A stretch of 64,000 bases of DNA from an uncultured Solirubrobacterales bacterium (lineage in GTDB: Bacteria; Actinomycetota; Thermoleophilia; Solirubrobacterales; Solirubrobacteraceae). Positions 8,623 to 18,900 of the stretch are shown here, piece by piece. The DNA is taken from assembly GCA_963704375.1 (NCBI GenBank), contig OY969898.1, forward strand, positions 2,207,053 to 2,271,052, given 5' to 3'. Positions within the stretch are counted from its first letter, which is position 1. Each line of letters begins with the position of its first letter. The notes beneath the pieces were generated by a model. It was given only the letters and a program-made list of their open reading frames with translations, had not been told where the DNA came from and did not search any database. A program made the translations under genes and the position numbers.

Positions 8623-9075
8623 TCAGCGGCGCCTTCCAGGGCCGACCGGTTCCGGGGCCGCACGGGTGCCGGGTGGCACTGTTACGACAGCGCTGCCGAC
8701 GATCACCGGGACGGCGCCTTCGTACTGGCGATAGATCACTTCGACAAGAGCCGAGCGTCTGCTCACGTGCCGGGTAGGCCGGGGGAACCAGCAGATGCCG
8801 GCGAACAGCGAAGGCGCGGAAAACCAATGCGTCACGGTCGTACCGCGCGTCACGTCGCGGTCGAGGGACACGCTGCTTCCAGACCAACCGACGATCGCTC
8901 CTCCCCGCCCGGCGGCGATCGGTTTGCACGCGATGCCAGGAATGCGGATTTCGTAGTCTTCCTTGGCGCTCTTCACGGCAAACGGAGTGGTGTAGCTCAA
9001 CCACATTCCTACGAGCACGCGACGGTTGATCCGCGGCCGTACGTGCAGCGGCTGATGCAATTCGCGCGGCGCCAC
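8623..9075 (-). CDS. hypothetical protein; possibly the C-terminal part of the upstream ORF after a frameshift
   Basis: Good GC3 codon usage and no recognisable domain. It overlaps the end of 9009-9695 in another frame. Confidence 0.4.
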   Translation of the reverse strand: MAPRELHQPLHVRPRINRRVLVGMWLSYTTPFAVKSAKEDYEIRIPGIACKPIAAGRGGAIVGWSGSSVSLDRDVTRGTTVTHWFSAPSLFAGICWFPRPTRHVSRRSALVEVIYRQYEGAVPVIVGSAVVTVPPGTRAAPEPVGPGRRR

Positions 9076-9695
9076 GTTTTGGACCGAGGGCCGTGCGGGA
9101 AAGGGCAGGGATCGACCAGGTGCGCTAAGGCGCCGGGCGCAAGGACCGGTCCTCGGTTGCAGAGCTTCCCGTTCAATTGGTAGGCGATGGTGGTGAGCGG
9201 CGGAGATGGCGGCAGGTCGCCTTCGCTGCCGAGGCTGCCACCGCTTGTTCGGGCCTGCTTCCCGCTCGCGGCGCGCCGCACGATCAAGTAGGCGCCGACC
9301 GGGCGCAGCACCGGCACGGTGAGATCCGACTTGCCCGCACGATATGTAACGCTGACGGCGGGCGCACCAAGCACCCCGAAGTAGATGTCACGCAGCTCGC
9401 TGCGTGGACGTGCGCGTTCCTGTCCATCTGCCGCACCGGCGCTGCGGTCCACGCCAATATGCTTGCCGACGAGCGTCTGCCCGGCGAGCTGGCAGCTGAC
9501 AGTGTCGGTCGCATCGTTGTTCGCTACTCCCCTCATCCCAACTCTGCTGGTTTCCGGCAAAACGTCAGCGGGCAACGGGTGGAAACGTCCGTCGCCGTGA
9601 AACACGCCGTCGATGCCGAGCTCACCGAGCTGCCCGCTCTCGACGCGGCCGATCTGCTCACACACCTCCCCACGCGTGGTGCGCACTACGCGCAT
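9009..9695 (-). CDS. hypothetical protein
   Basis: The coding-like part of the 394-aa track ORF begins at MRVVRTTRGEVCEQIGRV (ATG 9695). Upstream of that, the frame is antisense/out-of-frame noise over the sigma gene. Confidence 0.4.
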   Translation of the reverse strand: MRVVRTTRGEVCEQIGRVESGQLGELGIDGVFHGDGRFHPLPADVLPETSRVGMRGVANNDATDTVSCQLAGQTLVGKHIGVDRSAGAADGQERARPRSELRDIYFGVLGAPAVSVTYRAGKSDLTVPVLRPVGAYLIVRRAASGKQARTSGGSLGSEGDLPPSPPLTTIAYQLNGKLCNRGPVLAPGALAHLVDPCPFPHGPRSKTWRRANCISRCTYGRGSTVACS

Positions 9696-10125
9696 CCCCC
9701 ATGGCAGGCCGCCGTCGGGATCGGTCACGCGTAGCGAGAGCAAGCGCGAGGCGCCCGGCGCGGGAATGCCCTCGCCGACCGACGGGTTCAACGGCCCGCT
9801 CGGCTGCACTGAGTCGCCGGCGTGCCTGCGCCTCGACCCGACCGCGCCTCCAACTCTGCGCCAGTTCATGGCGGGCGATCCCGAACAGCCAACCCCGTGC
9901 GTTCCCCTTATCCGCACGGAACCCGTCGAGCGAGGCGAGCGCGACCGCAAACACCTCGGCGGTGAGGTCCGCCGCCAGCTCCGAGCGACCGGTGGCCCTC
10001 CGAAAGAAGCCGAGCAACGCGTCCTCGTGGCGGTCGTAGAACACGCCAAACGCCTGCGAATTCTCCCGCGCCACTTCAAGCAACTCATCATCCGAGCACC
10101 TCGACAGATCGACTGGCAGCACCAC
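9658..10125 (-). CDS. ECF-type sigma-70 factor with a recognisable region 2 and no recognisable region 4
   Basis: DDELLEVARENSQAFGVFYDRHEDALLGFFRRATGRSELAADLTAEVFAVALASLDGFRADKGNARGWLFGIARHELAQSWRRGRVEAQARRRL looks like region 2.1-2.4. The following 50 aa are Arg-rich, and no HTH is present in any frame. Confidence 0.55.
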   Translation of the reverse strand: MVLPVDLSRCSDDELLEVARENSQAFGVFYDRHEDALLGFFRRATGRSELAADLTAEVFAVALASLDGFRADKGNARGWLFGIARHELAQSWRRGRVEAQARRRLSAAERAVEPVGRRGHSRAGRLALALATRDRSRRRPAMGDARSAHHAWGGV

Positions 10126-10252
10126 CCCATATTGGAGGCAGCCCTAAAGTTGTGACAAGCGCACCGAGAAGACGCGCGTTCCGCCCACGCCAAGACAAGC
10201 GCTAGATAGGGGCACTGCGCATCGCGACGGGTGCAGCCGGTTTACTCACGGC

Positions 10253-11851
10253 ATGGCACCAAGGCGAGGACCAACCCAATCGGCCATAGCCGTGGCACTT
10301 GCGACGCTCGCGCTCTGCCTCACAACGGCTGTCGCGTACGCCACCGCGCCTAACCCCGCACCGCACACCCGTGGACACTCGACAGCCCATGCTGCCCAGA
10401 CAACCGGGCAACCCACACTCCCGGTGACTCTCGCGATCGACCACGCAGCCCCTGGTCGCCCGGTGTCCCAGCGCTTTCTCGGGCTGTCCTTCGAGGTCCA
10501 AGCGCTCGCCCAGCTCGGACAGGACGCCTATCGGGGCGATCTAGTGCGATTGCTGCGCTCCCTGGGGCCGGGCATGTTGCGCTTCGGCGGCATCACTGCC
10601 GATGAGAATGTCGCCTGGGTCGATTCGGCCACCCCGCGGCCAGCTTGGGCAACAAGCACGATCGGACCGGCGCAGATGAGCGCGCTTGGCGTGCTCGCCC
10701 ACCGCAGCGGCTGGCAGGTGTTGCTGACGGTCGGCCTGGCCCACTACGAACCGCAGACCGCCGCGCGCGAGGTGGCTGAAGCCCACCGCGCGCTGGGGCC
10801 ATATCTCGCGGCGGTAGAGATCGGCAACGAGCCGAACGCCTACGGAAGCCATGGCTTCCGCGAACCGCCCTGGCTCGCCCAAGGCTACGAGGAACAGGTC
10901 AGCGACTATCGCGAAGCAATCGACGCGCTGACGCCCGGTGTGCCAATCGCCGGACCCGACGTGTCCGGTGCCGGCGCGTTCGCCGAATGGGGCGACGAGG
11001 AGGCGCTCGCCCAGAAACCGCTACTGCTGACCGGCCACCACTACCCGCTCGGCTGCGCGCAAACGCCCGCGCCCTCGATCGAAACGCTATTGAGCGCGGC
11101 AATCCGCGGGGCCGCCGCGATCTCGCTGAACACGTACATGACGGTGGCGGACTTATACGGGATACCGATGCGAATCGATGAGGCCAACACCGTGTCCTGC
11201 GGGGGCGTGGAAGGCATCAGCGACACATTTGCCTCAGCGCTGTGGGCAACCGGCTACATCACGCAGGCGATGGCGGCGGGAGCGGAGGGCATCAACCTCC
11301 AAGGCAATCCCATCAACTGCGTCGGCTACACGCCGCTGTGCGCGCCCAATCCGACAGCCGCGGCGGAAGGAGCGCTGAGCGCCGAGCCGGAGTGGTATTC
11401 GCTGCTGCTCGCGAAGTCGCTGATCGGCTACCGCCCCCTGGCGACGACCATCTCCGCGGAAGGCTCGCCCAACCTGGTGGCGGCGGCATTCGCGGGACCA
11501 GGCCGCTCCCTGAAGGTGATGCTCGCCGACGACGAACCGCCCGGCGCCACTCCGGTTGAGCTGCGCTTCGAAGTGGGCGCCGGCATGGGCGCTGCGGAAG
11601 TGCTGCGACTTACAGCTCCTGCGCAGAACGCCACCAGCGGCGTGCTGCTCGCTGAGCGAGCGGTCACCGCCAACGGATCGTGGAGCGCTCCCGCGGAGCC
11701 CGAAAGCGTCGCCGCGCATGCGGGCGTTCTCGAAGTCGAGCTGGCCTCCGACAGCGCCGCGCTCGTCACTATCGGTCCGCCGAAGGCCGCCCCACGTAAG
11801 CGCCATCGTCGTACCCGACGGCTTGGAGTATCTGCTCACCGCGGGGGGTGA
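10253..11851 (+). CDS. secreted clan GH-A glycoside hydrolase, GH79/heparanase-like
   Basis: Signal peptide MAPRRGPTQSAIAVALATLALCLTTAVAYA. Motifs FLGLSFE...LRFGGITADENVAW and AVEIGNEPN (the acid/base NEP motif). Confidence 0.6.
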   Translation: MAPRRGPTQSAIAVALATLALCLTTAVAYATAPNPAPHTRGHSTAHAAQTTGQPTLPVTLAIDHAAPGRPVSQRFLGLSFEVQALAQLGQDAYRGDLVRLLRSLGPGMLRFGGITADENVAWVDSATPRPAWATSTIGPAQMSALGVLAHRSGWQVLLTVGLAHYEPQTAAREVAEAHRALGPYLAAVEIGNEPNAYGSHGFREPPWLAQGYEEQVSDYREAIDALTPGVPIAGPDVSGAGAFAEWGDEEALAQKPLLLTGHHYPLGCAQTPAPSIETLLSAAIRGAAAISLNTYMTVADLYGIPMRIDEANTVSCGGVEGISDTFASALWATGYITQAMAAGAEGINLQGNPINCVGYTPLCAPNPTAAAEGALSAEPEWYSLLLAKSLIGYRPLATTISAEGSPNLVAAAFAGPGRSLKVMLADDEPPGATPVELRFEVGAGMGAAEVLRLTAPAQNATSGVLLAERAVTANGSWSAPAEPESVAAHAGVLEVELASDSAALVTIGPPKAAPRKRHRRTRRLGVSAHRGG

Positions 11852-12767
11852 GCGTCCAGGCGCGGGGCATGCCCTTGGTGGGTCCCACACCGTTGTCTTG
11901 GATGAGGTGATGCTGTTGCAGGCGGCTCAACAGGCGCGAGGCCTGCCCATCGTCTGTGATGCCCGATGCCTGCGCTATCTGTTTGCTGGAGGCCCCAGGC
12001 GTCTCTGCGATCGAGCTGAGCACACGCGAAGTGCGATACGTGAAACGGATCGGCAGATCTTTGAAGGGATCGGAAGGTAGATTCGGCGCCGTTTGATCTA
12101 GCGTGACCGGTGGACGCGCGAGTTCTTTGCGAGCCATTGCCGCCCCCAGGTACGGTTGGACGATCATCGCCATCAATGGTCCTGTCAGCTCTAGGAGCGA
12201 TACGCGATCGCCCAGCTCGCTGGCAGCGAGCATGCGGGCGTGGATCACGGAGAACACCGCGCCCACCGTGCCCTCCGCCGTAAGCGGCTGAGGCTCATGA
12301 CCCGCCTTGATCTCAGCACGGCCTTCATCGACAAACGCGATCACCCGCTTGAGCACACTTCTACGCGCCTTCAGCGTCCTGGTTCCGGAGCTGAGCGCCT
12401 CCACGATCAGCAGACGAGCAATCGCGGGCTCACGTTCGAAGAACGACAAGAGCGAGGTGAGAGCGGCCCTGACCTGCTCCCGCCAAGACCGCTTGCCGAC
12501 AAGCGCATCTCCGACAACCCGTCCGGCCTGCTCCACCCCGTCCTCGAACGTGGCATACAGGCAATCCTCGCGCCCCGCGAACAGGTCATAGAACGTCTTA
12601 CGCGACAAGCCCGACCGCTCACAAACAGTCGCCACACTCAGCCCCTGCACGCCGTGCTCATACGCGATTTCCGCAGTAGCGGTCAGCAGCCGTCGGCGCT
12701 GCATCTCAAGCACATGACCGCCCTCGCGTCCAGCCCTGTCAGTGGGAACAACCCGTTCAACAGCCAT
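11769..12767 (-). CDS. transcriptional regulator with an N-terminal TetR/AcrR HTH and a C-terminal MarR-like winged helix
   Basis: N-terminus: RRRLLTATAEIAYEHGVQGLSVATVCERSGLSRKTFYDLFAGREDCL. C-terminus: RTSRVLSSIAETPGASSKQIAQASGITDDGQASRLLSRLQQHHLIQDNG. Confidence 0.8.
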   Translation of the reverse strand: MAVERVVPTDRAGREGGHVLEMQRRRLLTATAEIAYEHGVQGLSVATVCERSGLSRKTFYDLFAGREDCLYATFEDGVEQAGRVVGDALVGKRSWREQVRAALTSLLSFFEREPAIARLLIVEALSSGTRTLKARRSVLKRVIAFVDEGRAEIKAGHEPQPLTAEGTVGAVFSVIHARMLAASELGDRVSLLELTGPLMAMIVQPYLGAAMARKELARPPVTLDQTAPNLPSDPFKDLPIRFTYRTSRVLSSIAETPGASSKQIAQASGITDDGQASRLLSRLQQHHLIQDNGVGPTKGMPRAWTLTPRGEQILQAVGYDDGAYVGRPSADR

Positions 12768-12808
12768 CGGCTATCCCCACCGCGTGGAAGGACATGAGCC
12801 ACCCACCC

Positions 12809-15800
12809 CTACTTCTTCTTCGCCTTCGCTTCGGGATGCTTGCCCTTCTTCTTCGCCTTCGCCTTCTTAGACTTGCTCTTCGGGCAGCCCGTGACAGTAA
12901 TAGGCGTCGACTGGTGCAGGACCGCTCCGTTCTGTCCCGTAAATGCGGTTGGCATCGCAAGTTTGGTCTTGCAGAGGTTCGTGTTTGCTGCGAGCGCCGA
13001 GTATTTGCCTTGTGGCAGGTTCAGTTCGAAGCTCTGGATCGGGACATCGGGCACTTCCTTGAACGTGCTTGACGTGATGTTCGTCTTGTTGTTGATGAAC
13101 GTGTCACCAACAAGATCTACTGTGACGTTGTCCCCCTGCAATACCACGATCAGGTTCGGGAATTCTTCCCCGGCATGCGAGACGAAATACGCGGGTCCTT
13201 CTACCGGCACCGGCAACAGCGGTGTGAGCGCCTTACCATGCCCGACGATCGAGTCGGGCGGGCACAGTGCCGGGTTCGCTTCGAACGTCTTCGCTGGACA
13301 CGCCTTCTGCAACGTCGTAAGACGTGAGGGCAGCTGCTTGGGAAGATCAACCTTGACGCTTTTAATGTTCGATTGCGAGGATGCTTGGTTGAACCCGAGA
13401 TTTTCTACGGGATAGACGATCTTCGCGACCAAGCTCGCACCATTCGCCCTGGACGTTTTGCCGGACGTTGAGACTTTGAAGTTGGGTTGGAACTTCAAGG
13501 CCTGACAGGAGCCCATCTGGAAATGACTCGACAAGAGCGCTACAACCCCTTCCGTGCTGGTCGCAGTACCCGAAAACGACATTGGTTTGCAGTCGGTTGG
13601 ATTGAACATGAATTCCGGACGATCTATCACCGCGTTGATCGAACGCAAATCCGCGGGGATACCCTTTACGATCGTCGGCAGCGGGTCCGTGACGACAGTG
13701 ATCTGGGAGGTATGCGGGTCCACTTCGATCTTCGCCCTGACAACTTCAGTACCCAGGTTGAACGGTCCAGCAACCAACGGCACGACGATCGACAAGCCAA
13801 ATGGCGCGCCCTTATACGGTCCCGTCAAATAGATCGGGGCGGGCGGCGCACCAGCCTGGGGGATGAACAGCGGATAGGGACCAGGACCCGCACCGACAAC
13901 CGTATGGCCGATCTGCGACGCGGCGGAGCAAGTCCCCGGGGCAGCTTGTGCTTCTGGGCACAGAGGGACCTTGGCAATCATGCCCAACAAGCCCTCGGGT
14001 GTCTTGAACGACAGGCTCTTGACGCGTTGCTGACCATCACCGCGTTGCAAGAGCATCGAGAAATCCGTATAGCCTCCTGCTTGATCGGTCGTAGCGCCCG
14101 CGGTCATCACCGGTTCAAACGGCAGCGGATTCTCACATGGACTCCCATCTGGCCCGCTTGTAATCTGAAACCTGCTCGTATCCAGTGCGTTTTCCACGAA
14201 CGGGCTCGACCACGGCGTGAAGTCGACGCTCGAGCCATAGACCCCACATTTTTCGGGCGTCACCAATGCTGCCTGAGCGCCGCCGCTAAAGGACAGTATG
14301 AATTCGGTGAGCGGTGCATCCGGGGTGCCCGGGTATTGCGGGGTACCCTTGAACGTTGTAGTCAGCTGTCCAGTCTGTTCGTTCAAATGGACCGTTCCGA
14401 TAAGCTTCAGGTTTACGCCTTCCCCGGACGCAGCGACCAGCAGCTGTAGTTCGGGCGGGTTGTTCTGCAGAATGTACACATTGCCTTTCAACCGGTTCGC
14501 GAGCAATGGTGTCGAGATTTCATCTGTGCCGACCTTTGATGCCGCCGGGCACGATGGTGGTCCCTCAAATTCTTCGCCTTCTCCACCGAGATTCTCCTGC
14601 GACGGTTGGCACGCCATAAGGCCGGTCGCCTGACCTGGATTTATCCCAATGCCTTGAGGCAACGTGACCGTCGTTTCCTTCAGACCGGGGCTCGCCAACC
14701 CTTCTGGGTTAAGACCCTGTGGCACCTTTACGATCGCGCTCAGACCCGACGGCGTATCCGAAAAGCTTGTTTCCGGGGCGATCGATACCGTCGGTTCGAA
14801 ATGCTGCAATCGCGAACAACCGGTCAATCCAGCCGGCATACCTTCCTGGTTGTGCGTGAGGACACTAGTATGTGCCGTCGCGCTTTCGTCCTGCCATGTA
14901 CCGGCGATTTCCGCACTAAATTCTTGCGGTCCGTTACATGATGTTGGCAACGTCAGGAACGGCGCAGGCGCAAGACCACTGCCATTGTGTTCCGCAGGCA
15001 CACCCCAGATTGTCGTACTATTAAAGCTAATCTTTCGTTGCGGCACACCGGCATGCTCGGTTATCCCGTTATCGCCACCACTGCGCACCCGAGCATCTAG
15101 GAACGTCGGCACACCAAAGTTAATAAATGCAAATTGCGCCGCCACACCAGCAGGCGGCACCATATTAAATACATCAAACGGAAGTTTAGGAAAAGTACCA
15201 CTAGCTGCAACGTCTTCACCGATCCAGCTGCCCCTTGGACATGATTGAAGGTCGAATTGCTCGCGCGTGCATTGAGGCACAGCCGTCGGATCGCCCACAA
15301 TACCCGGAGGTAGACCCACATTTATGAAATGTATTTCCCCTCCCGTTGGAACGCTCAACCCTCCGCCGAGGGATATCGAATTTGAGCTGAACGCAACCGT
15401 CAGGTCATAGGGGTGAGAACCGGCCTGGGTATCGAGCGTGCCGTTAGCGTTTGAGTACCACGCATCGAAGTTAGAAAATCCAAGACCAGCCTGTTCTGAG
15501 CTGAATTTCACTGGAAATGACGAACTCGTGGGCACCAACGCCCCGCCACCGCTCACAGTCACGTGATCGGCCGGCTGAAGTTCGATAGAAGCAGACGATT
15601 CGACACTGATCGGGATAGCCATCAGAGTCATCGTAGTCTGGCCGACTCCCGTGTCGCCGACCACTGCTTGTATCGGGGGCATGGCGCAGGTTACCACTCT
15701 TTTCCCTGTGCAACTTGCCCCACCTTCGTCGTCTCCACCAGTCGCTTCCACACCAGCGGGTAGAATATCCGTCACGGTCGGTCCTTGATCACCCGTTACT

Positions 15801-15982
15801 CCACCGATATTATAGACATAAAGATACAGCCATCCCGCGTCACCTGGCGCCAAGTTCGTGGGGGAAATAAGCCCAAACACCTCATATCCGGGAGCCGGAG
15901 CAGCCACCGCCGCCGACGAATACAAGCAAGCAACAATCCAGACCGCAAGCAACACAACACCAAATCTTCTGAACCTCATCAC
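12809..15982 (-). CDS. large secreted protein (1057 aa) of unknown function, Cys-rich, with a Lys-rich C-terminal tail
   Basis: Signal peptide MMRFRRFGVVLLAVWIVACLYSSAAVAAP. Uninterrupted 3.2-kb ORF. Tail GCPKSKSKKAKAKKKGKHPEAKAKKK. Its start overlaps the upstream gene stop (ATGA). Confidence 0.85.
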   Translation of the reverse strand: MMRFRRFGVVLLAVWIVACLYSSAAVAAPAPGYEVFGLISPTNLAPGDAGWLYLYVYNIGGVTGDQGPTVTDILPAGVEATGGDDEGGASCTGKRVVTCAMPPIQAVVGDTGVGQTTMTLMAIPISVESSASIELQPADHVTVSGGGALVPTSSSFPVKFSSEQAGLGFSNFDAWYSNANGTLDTQAGSHPYDLTVAFSSNSISLGGGLSVPTGGEIHFINVGLPPGIVGDPTAVPQCTREQFDLQSCPRGSWIGEDVAASGTFPKLPFDVFNMVPPAGVAAQFAFINFGVPTFLDARVRSGGDNGITEHAGVPQRKISFNSTTIWGVPAEHNGSGLAPAPFLTLPTSCNGPQEFSAEIAGTWQDESATAHTSVLTHNQEGMPAGLTGCSRLQHFEPTVSIAPETSFSDTPSGLSAIVKVPQGLNPEGLASPGLKETTVTLPQGIGINPGQATGLMACQPSQENLGGEGEEFEGPPSCPAASKVGTDEISTPLLANRLKGNVYILQNNPPELQLLVAASGEGVNLKLIGTVHLNEQTGQLTTTFKGTPQYPGTPDAPLTEFILSFSGGAQAALVTPEKCGVYGSSVDFTPWSSPFVENALDTSRFQITSGPDGSPCENPLPFEPVMTAGATTDQAGGYTDFSMLLQRGDGQQRVKSLSFKTPEGLLGMIAKVPLCPEAQAAPGTCSAASQIGHTVVGAGPGPYPLFIPQAGAPPAPIYLTGPYKGAPFGLSIVVPLVAGPFNLGTEVVRAKIEVDPHTSQITVVTDPLPTIVKGIPADLRSINAVIDRPEFMFNPTDCKPMSFSGTATSTEGVVALLSSHFQMGSCQALKFQPNFKVSTSGKTSRANGASLVAKIVYPVENLGFNQASSQSNIKSVKVDLPKQLPSRLTTLQKACPAKTFEANPALCPPDSIVGHGKALTPLLPVPVEGPAYFVSHAGEEFPNLIVVLQGDNVTVDLVGDTFINNKTNITSSTFKEVPDVPIQSFELNLPQGKYSALAANTNLCKTKLAMPTAFTGQNGAVLHQSTPITVTGCPKSKSKKAKAKKKGKHPEAKAKKK

Positions 15983-18900
15983 TTGCTCCCCCCCTTTGAT
16001 CTCGACAATCCGTTTATCGCCCTAAACGATCTGTCGACTCCCTCTACCGGCCCATACCGTTTTCTGGCCTGCGCTTCACAGGACGTGCGCTTTTTCTTTG
16101 GCCTTGCTCTACACATCTTCAACGCCTTAGCCAGTTTTTGCGCACGCGTTAGAGACTTTATCTTGGCCTTTGCCACAGATTTCACTCGCGTAGGAGCAGA
16201 GAAGTTCCCAACACCGATATATGTAACACTGGAGGGCGCAGCAAATGTCGGAGGTGCGGCCGGAACACCCTGACAGCCGGTGCCCGTACAGGCAGGTGGC
16301 GCCAATGGTTCTACTCCACCGATCCGCGCGTCGAACACCTTATAGAGTTCATCCTGAGCATCGCCCGTAAGGTTGCTCCTTGTGATCATGAAAACGTCGC
16401 TGCCATTCGCACTCGCTCCCAGTAGCCACGACGGCTCATTACTTGAACCGCCCGACAACAGGTACATGCAACCACCGCGCGAGCCGTCGTCCTGCTCGCA
16501 GCTACCCGTACCTTCCCGCTCCCACTCATACACATCCATGTTCCCGTTCGTATCCCTCGAAACAAGAGATGAGGGGCTGTCAAAGAACACACGATTACCT
16601 TTTTCGGAGATCCAGGTCGGAATATACGAGTCGCTCCAACTCACCGGCAGGAACGCCGATGACCCAGATTCACCGCTCTGACTGCAAGAAGCGCAGAACA
16701 GACTGTTGCGCTCTGCGTCATATACGTAGACCTCCTCCTGACCATCGGTTTCATAGCCGTTTGGGAAGCCTTGAGCTTTTAGAGGCTGATCGGACATAAA
16801 GACCAGTCCTTGACCATCTGCTGTCACCTCGGCTGTGCGCTGCCCCAAATCGGGCACCCAATCACCCGCATGACCTTCCTCATCAGTTGCAAAGTCGGCC
16901 AGTCCATTATATGGCGATACACCTTCGCCATCTTCAGATGAGAGGGACGCAATTGCGACTGGTGCTTCCCACTGATCGCCGTTCTCGTGCAGCATGTACA
17001 GTTCGTTGGCGCTGTTAACATAATATATGTAGTCACCCTCTTCGCTGGATCCGAGCACCCCTTGGACTTCGACGCCGGGCGTTAGATCGGTAATCACGCC
17101 CGGCTGGCCGATAGTTGCATTGACTTCGTACACATACAATGCGCCCTTAGTGAAAAAAGCCTTCGACCCATCGCTGCTGGCGGTCCAGAACCGTGCGCCT
17201 CCTTCAATGCCCTTGTCCAGCTGAATCGTGCACGCGTCGGTTGGAACCGTGCATTCTTCCTGACCGTTCAACGGACTCTGTGGTTGTGTCGGATTCTCTC
17301 GTATATACAGGGCCTTTGGCCTCTGATTGTAACCGGTGCCTTGCAGCGCGGACCAGAAGACTCGCGACCCTTCGCTGGAGATCACGTGGCTGAAGTCTGG
17401 GGGGTTACCGTTCCACTTTTCATGAAGCAGATGAGGCGCGCCGAAGGTTGCGTTTGGCGCTACGCGTCCATCGGGTAGCACGTCAACCAGCAGCGGGGGA
17501 CCGTCACTCCAATCATAGAGATATTCGGATTCTGTGTGATGCTGAGCAGCTTCCTGGTTTACGTCTTCGCCCAGTTCCTTTTCAGGCTCCGCTTCACCTT
17601 TCTGTAGTGCATCGTCGTTATCCTGGAAGAGCAGCTGGCTCAAATCTGGCGTGCCACCGGCGTATGCCGGTCCTTGCGGCTCTCCCGATCCGTTATCGAC
17701 AACATATCCTTTGGCTTCTGCCTGGGTGCGTTTTGGCGTCGCGATAGAGAGTGGCTGGTAGCTTTCCTCGTCGAACGCGTGTCGATATATGTCGTAGCGT
17801 TGGTCATATGTTCCTTCACTGTAGAGACCTGCGGGCGCATTACCTCCCGGAAGCTGTGGCTCTGCCTGTTCGGGGTTTTCTGTTGGTGAGGTCAAGATCC
17901 CGGCCGATAGATCGCTCGAGAATCCTCGATATGCTGTAGTTCTGCGGCCAGGCGGCTGGATGCTTGCCTGCGTCCATCCACCACCCTGCGAGCGTCGCGC
18001 GAGATAGGCGCTGCCTAGAGCATTACCACTTGATTCACCGCCACCATTGTGTGTCGGATCGCCCTGATATACGACGGCATCACCGCTTGCCGCCACCTCA
18101 CTTATACGTGTAGTTTCATAGCCTCCCGCTTGGTCTTCAGCTTGATGCGAAACCGCCGAAGGTACATACACTTCGGCATCTTCTTTATCTATGGGAGTCA
18201 CCATTTCATAGACCCGTCCGTCGGGCAGCCCCTGAGTGCCAGACGGCAATGTTCTGAAAACCACGTCGTCGCCGAATGTGCTCCCCCCGCTACTTGTAGC
18301 GACGAGCCTGAAGTGATATTCGGTGCTGGGCGCGAGTCCTTCCAGATGAGCCGACACGATCGGTTTGCCTGAAGCGATCGCCGACATCGTATGCGATCCA
18401 TACGCAGCTGTCGTTCCATATTCAAAATAATAAGTGACGGGCGCCGAACCTGTTTCGATGCGAGCACTCAAATTGGCGCTTCCCGAATCGACAGTGGAGT
18501 AGGACACCTTTGTGATCACCGGCGGGAGTGAGATATTTGGCCCAAAGATATCCACGATTCCGCTCCGATCGGCCACCAAAACGTCGCCGTTAGCCTGGTC
18601 GACCACGACAGCCTGAGGTTCTGTAAATGGACCAGCGGAGGGACTCGTTAGCTGACCTTCATATTCTTCTTCGGATGAGTTCGCATACTCGTCAACCACG
18701 GGACTTCCGTCATCTGTATTCGTGACATATACCTGCCCGTCCGCCTGGTCCAAGCCCAAGCTTTCCGTGCCTGTAAAGAAACTGTTAGCACTTGTCCAGG
18801 TGGATAGCAGACTTTCGCCGAGGTTACCAAAGACTTCGACCGTCCCGTCACCGTTAACATAGAGACGCTTGTCGAATTCATTGACGACGATACTTCTGGT

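Noticed and set aside
11769-11851. 83-nt convergent overlap between the glycosidase and the TetR/wHTH regulator.
   Set aside because: The last 27 codons of the glycosidase ORF are Arg/His-rich (PRKRHRRTRRLGVSAHRGG) and may be read-through beyond the real functional end. Without alignments this is not evidence of a regulatory antisense arrangement.
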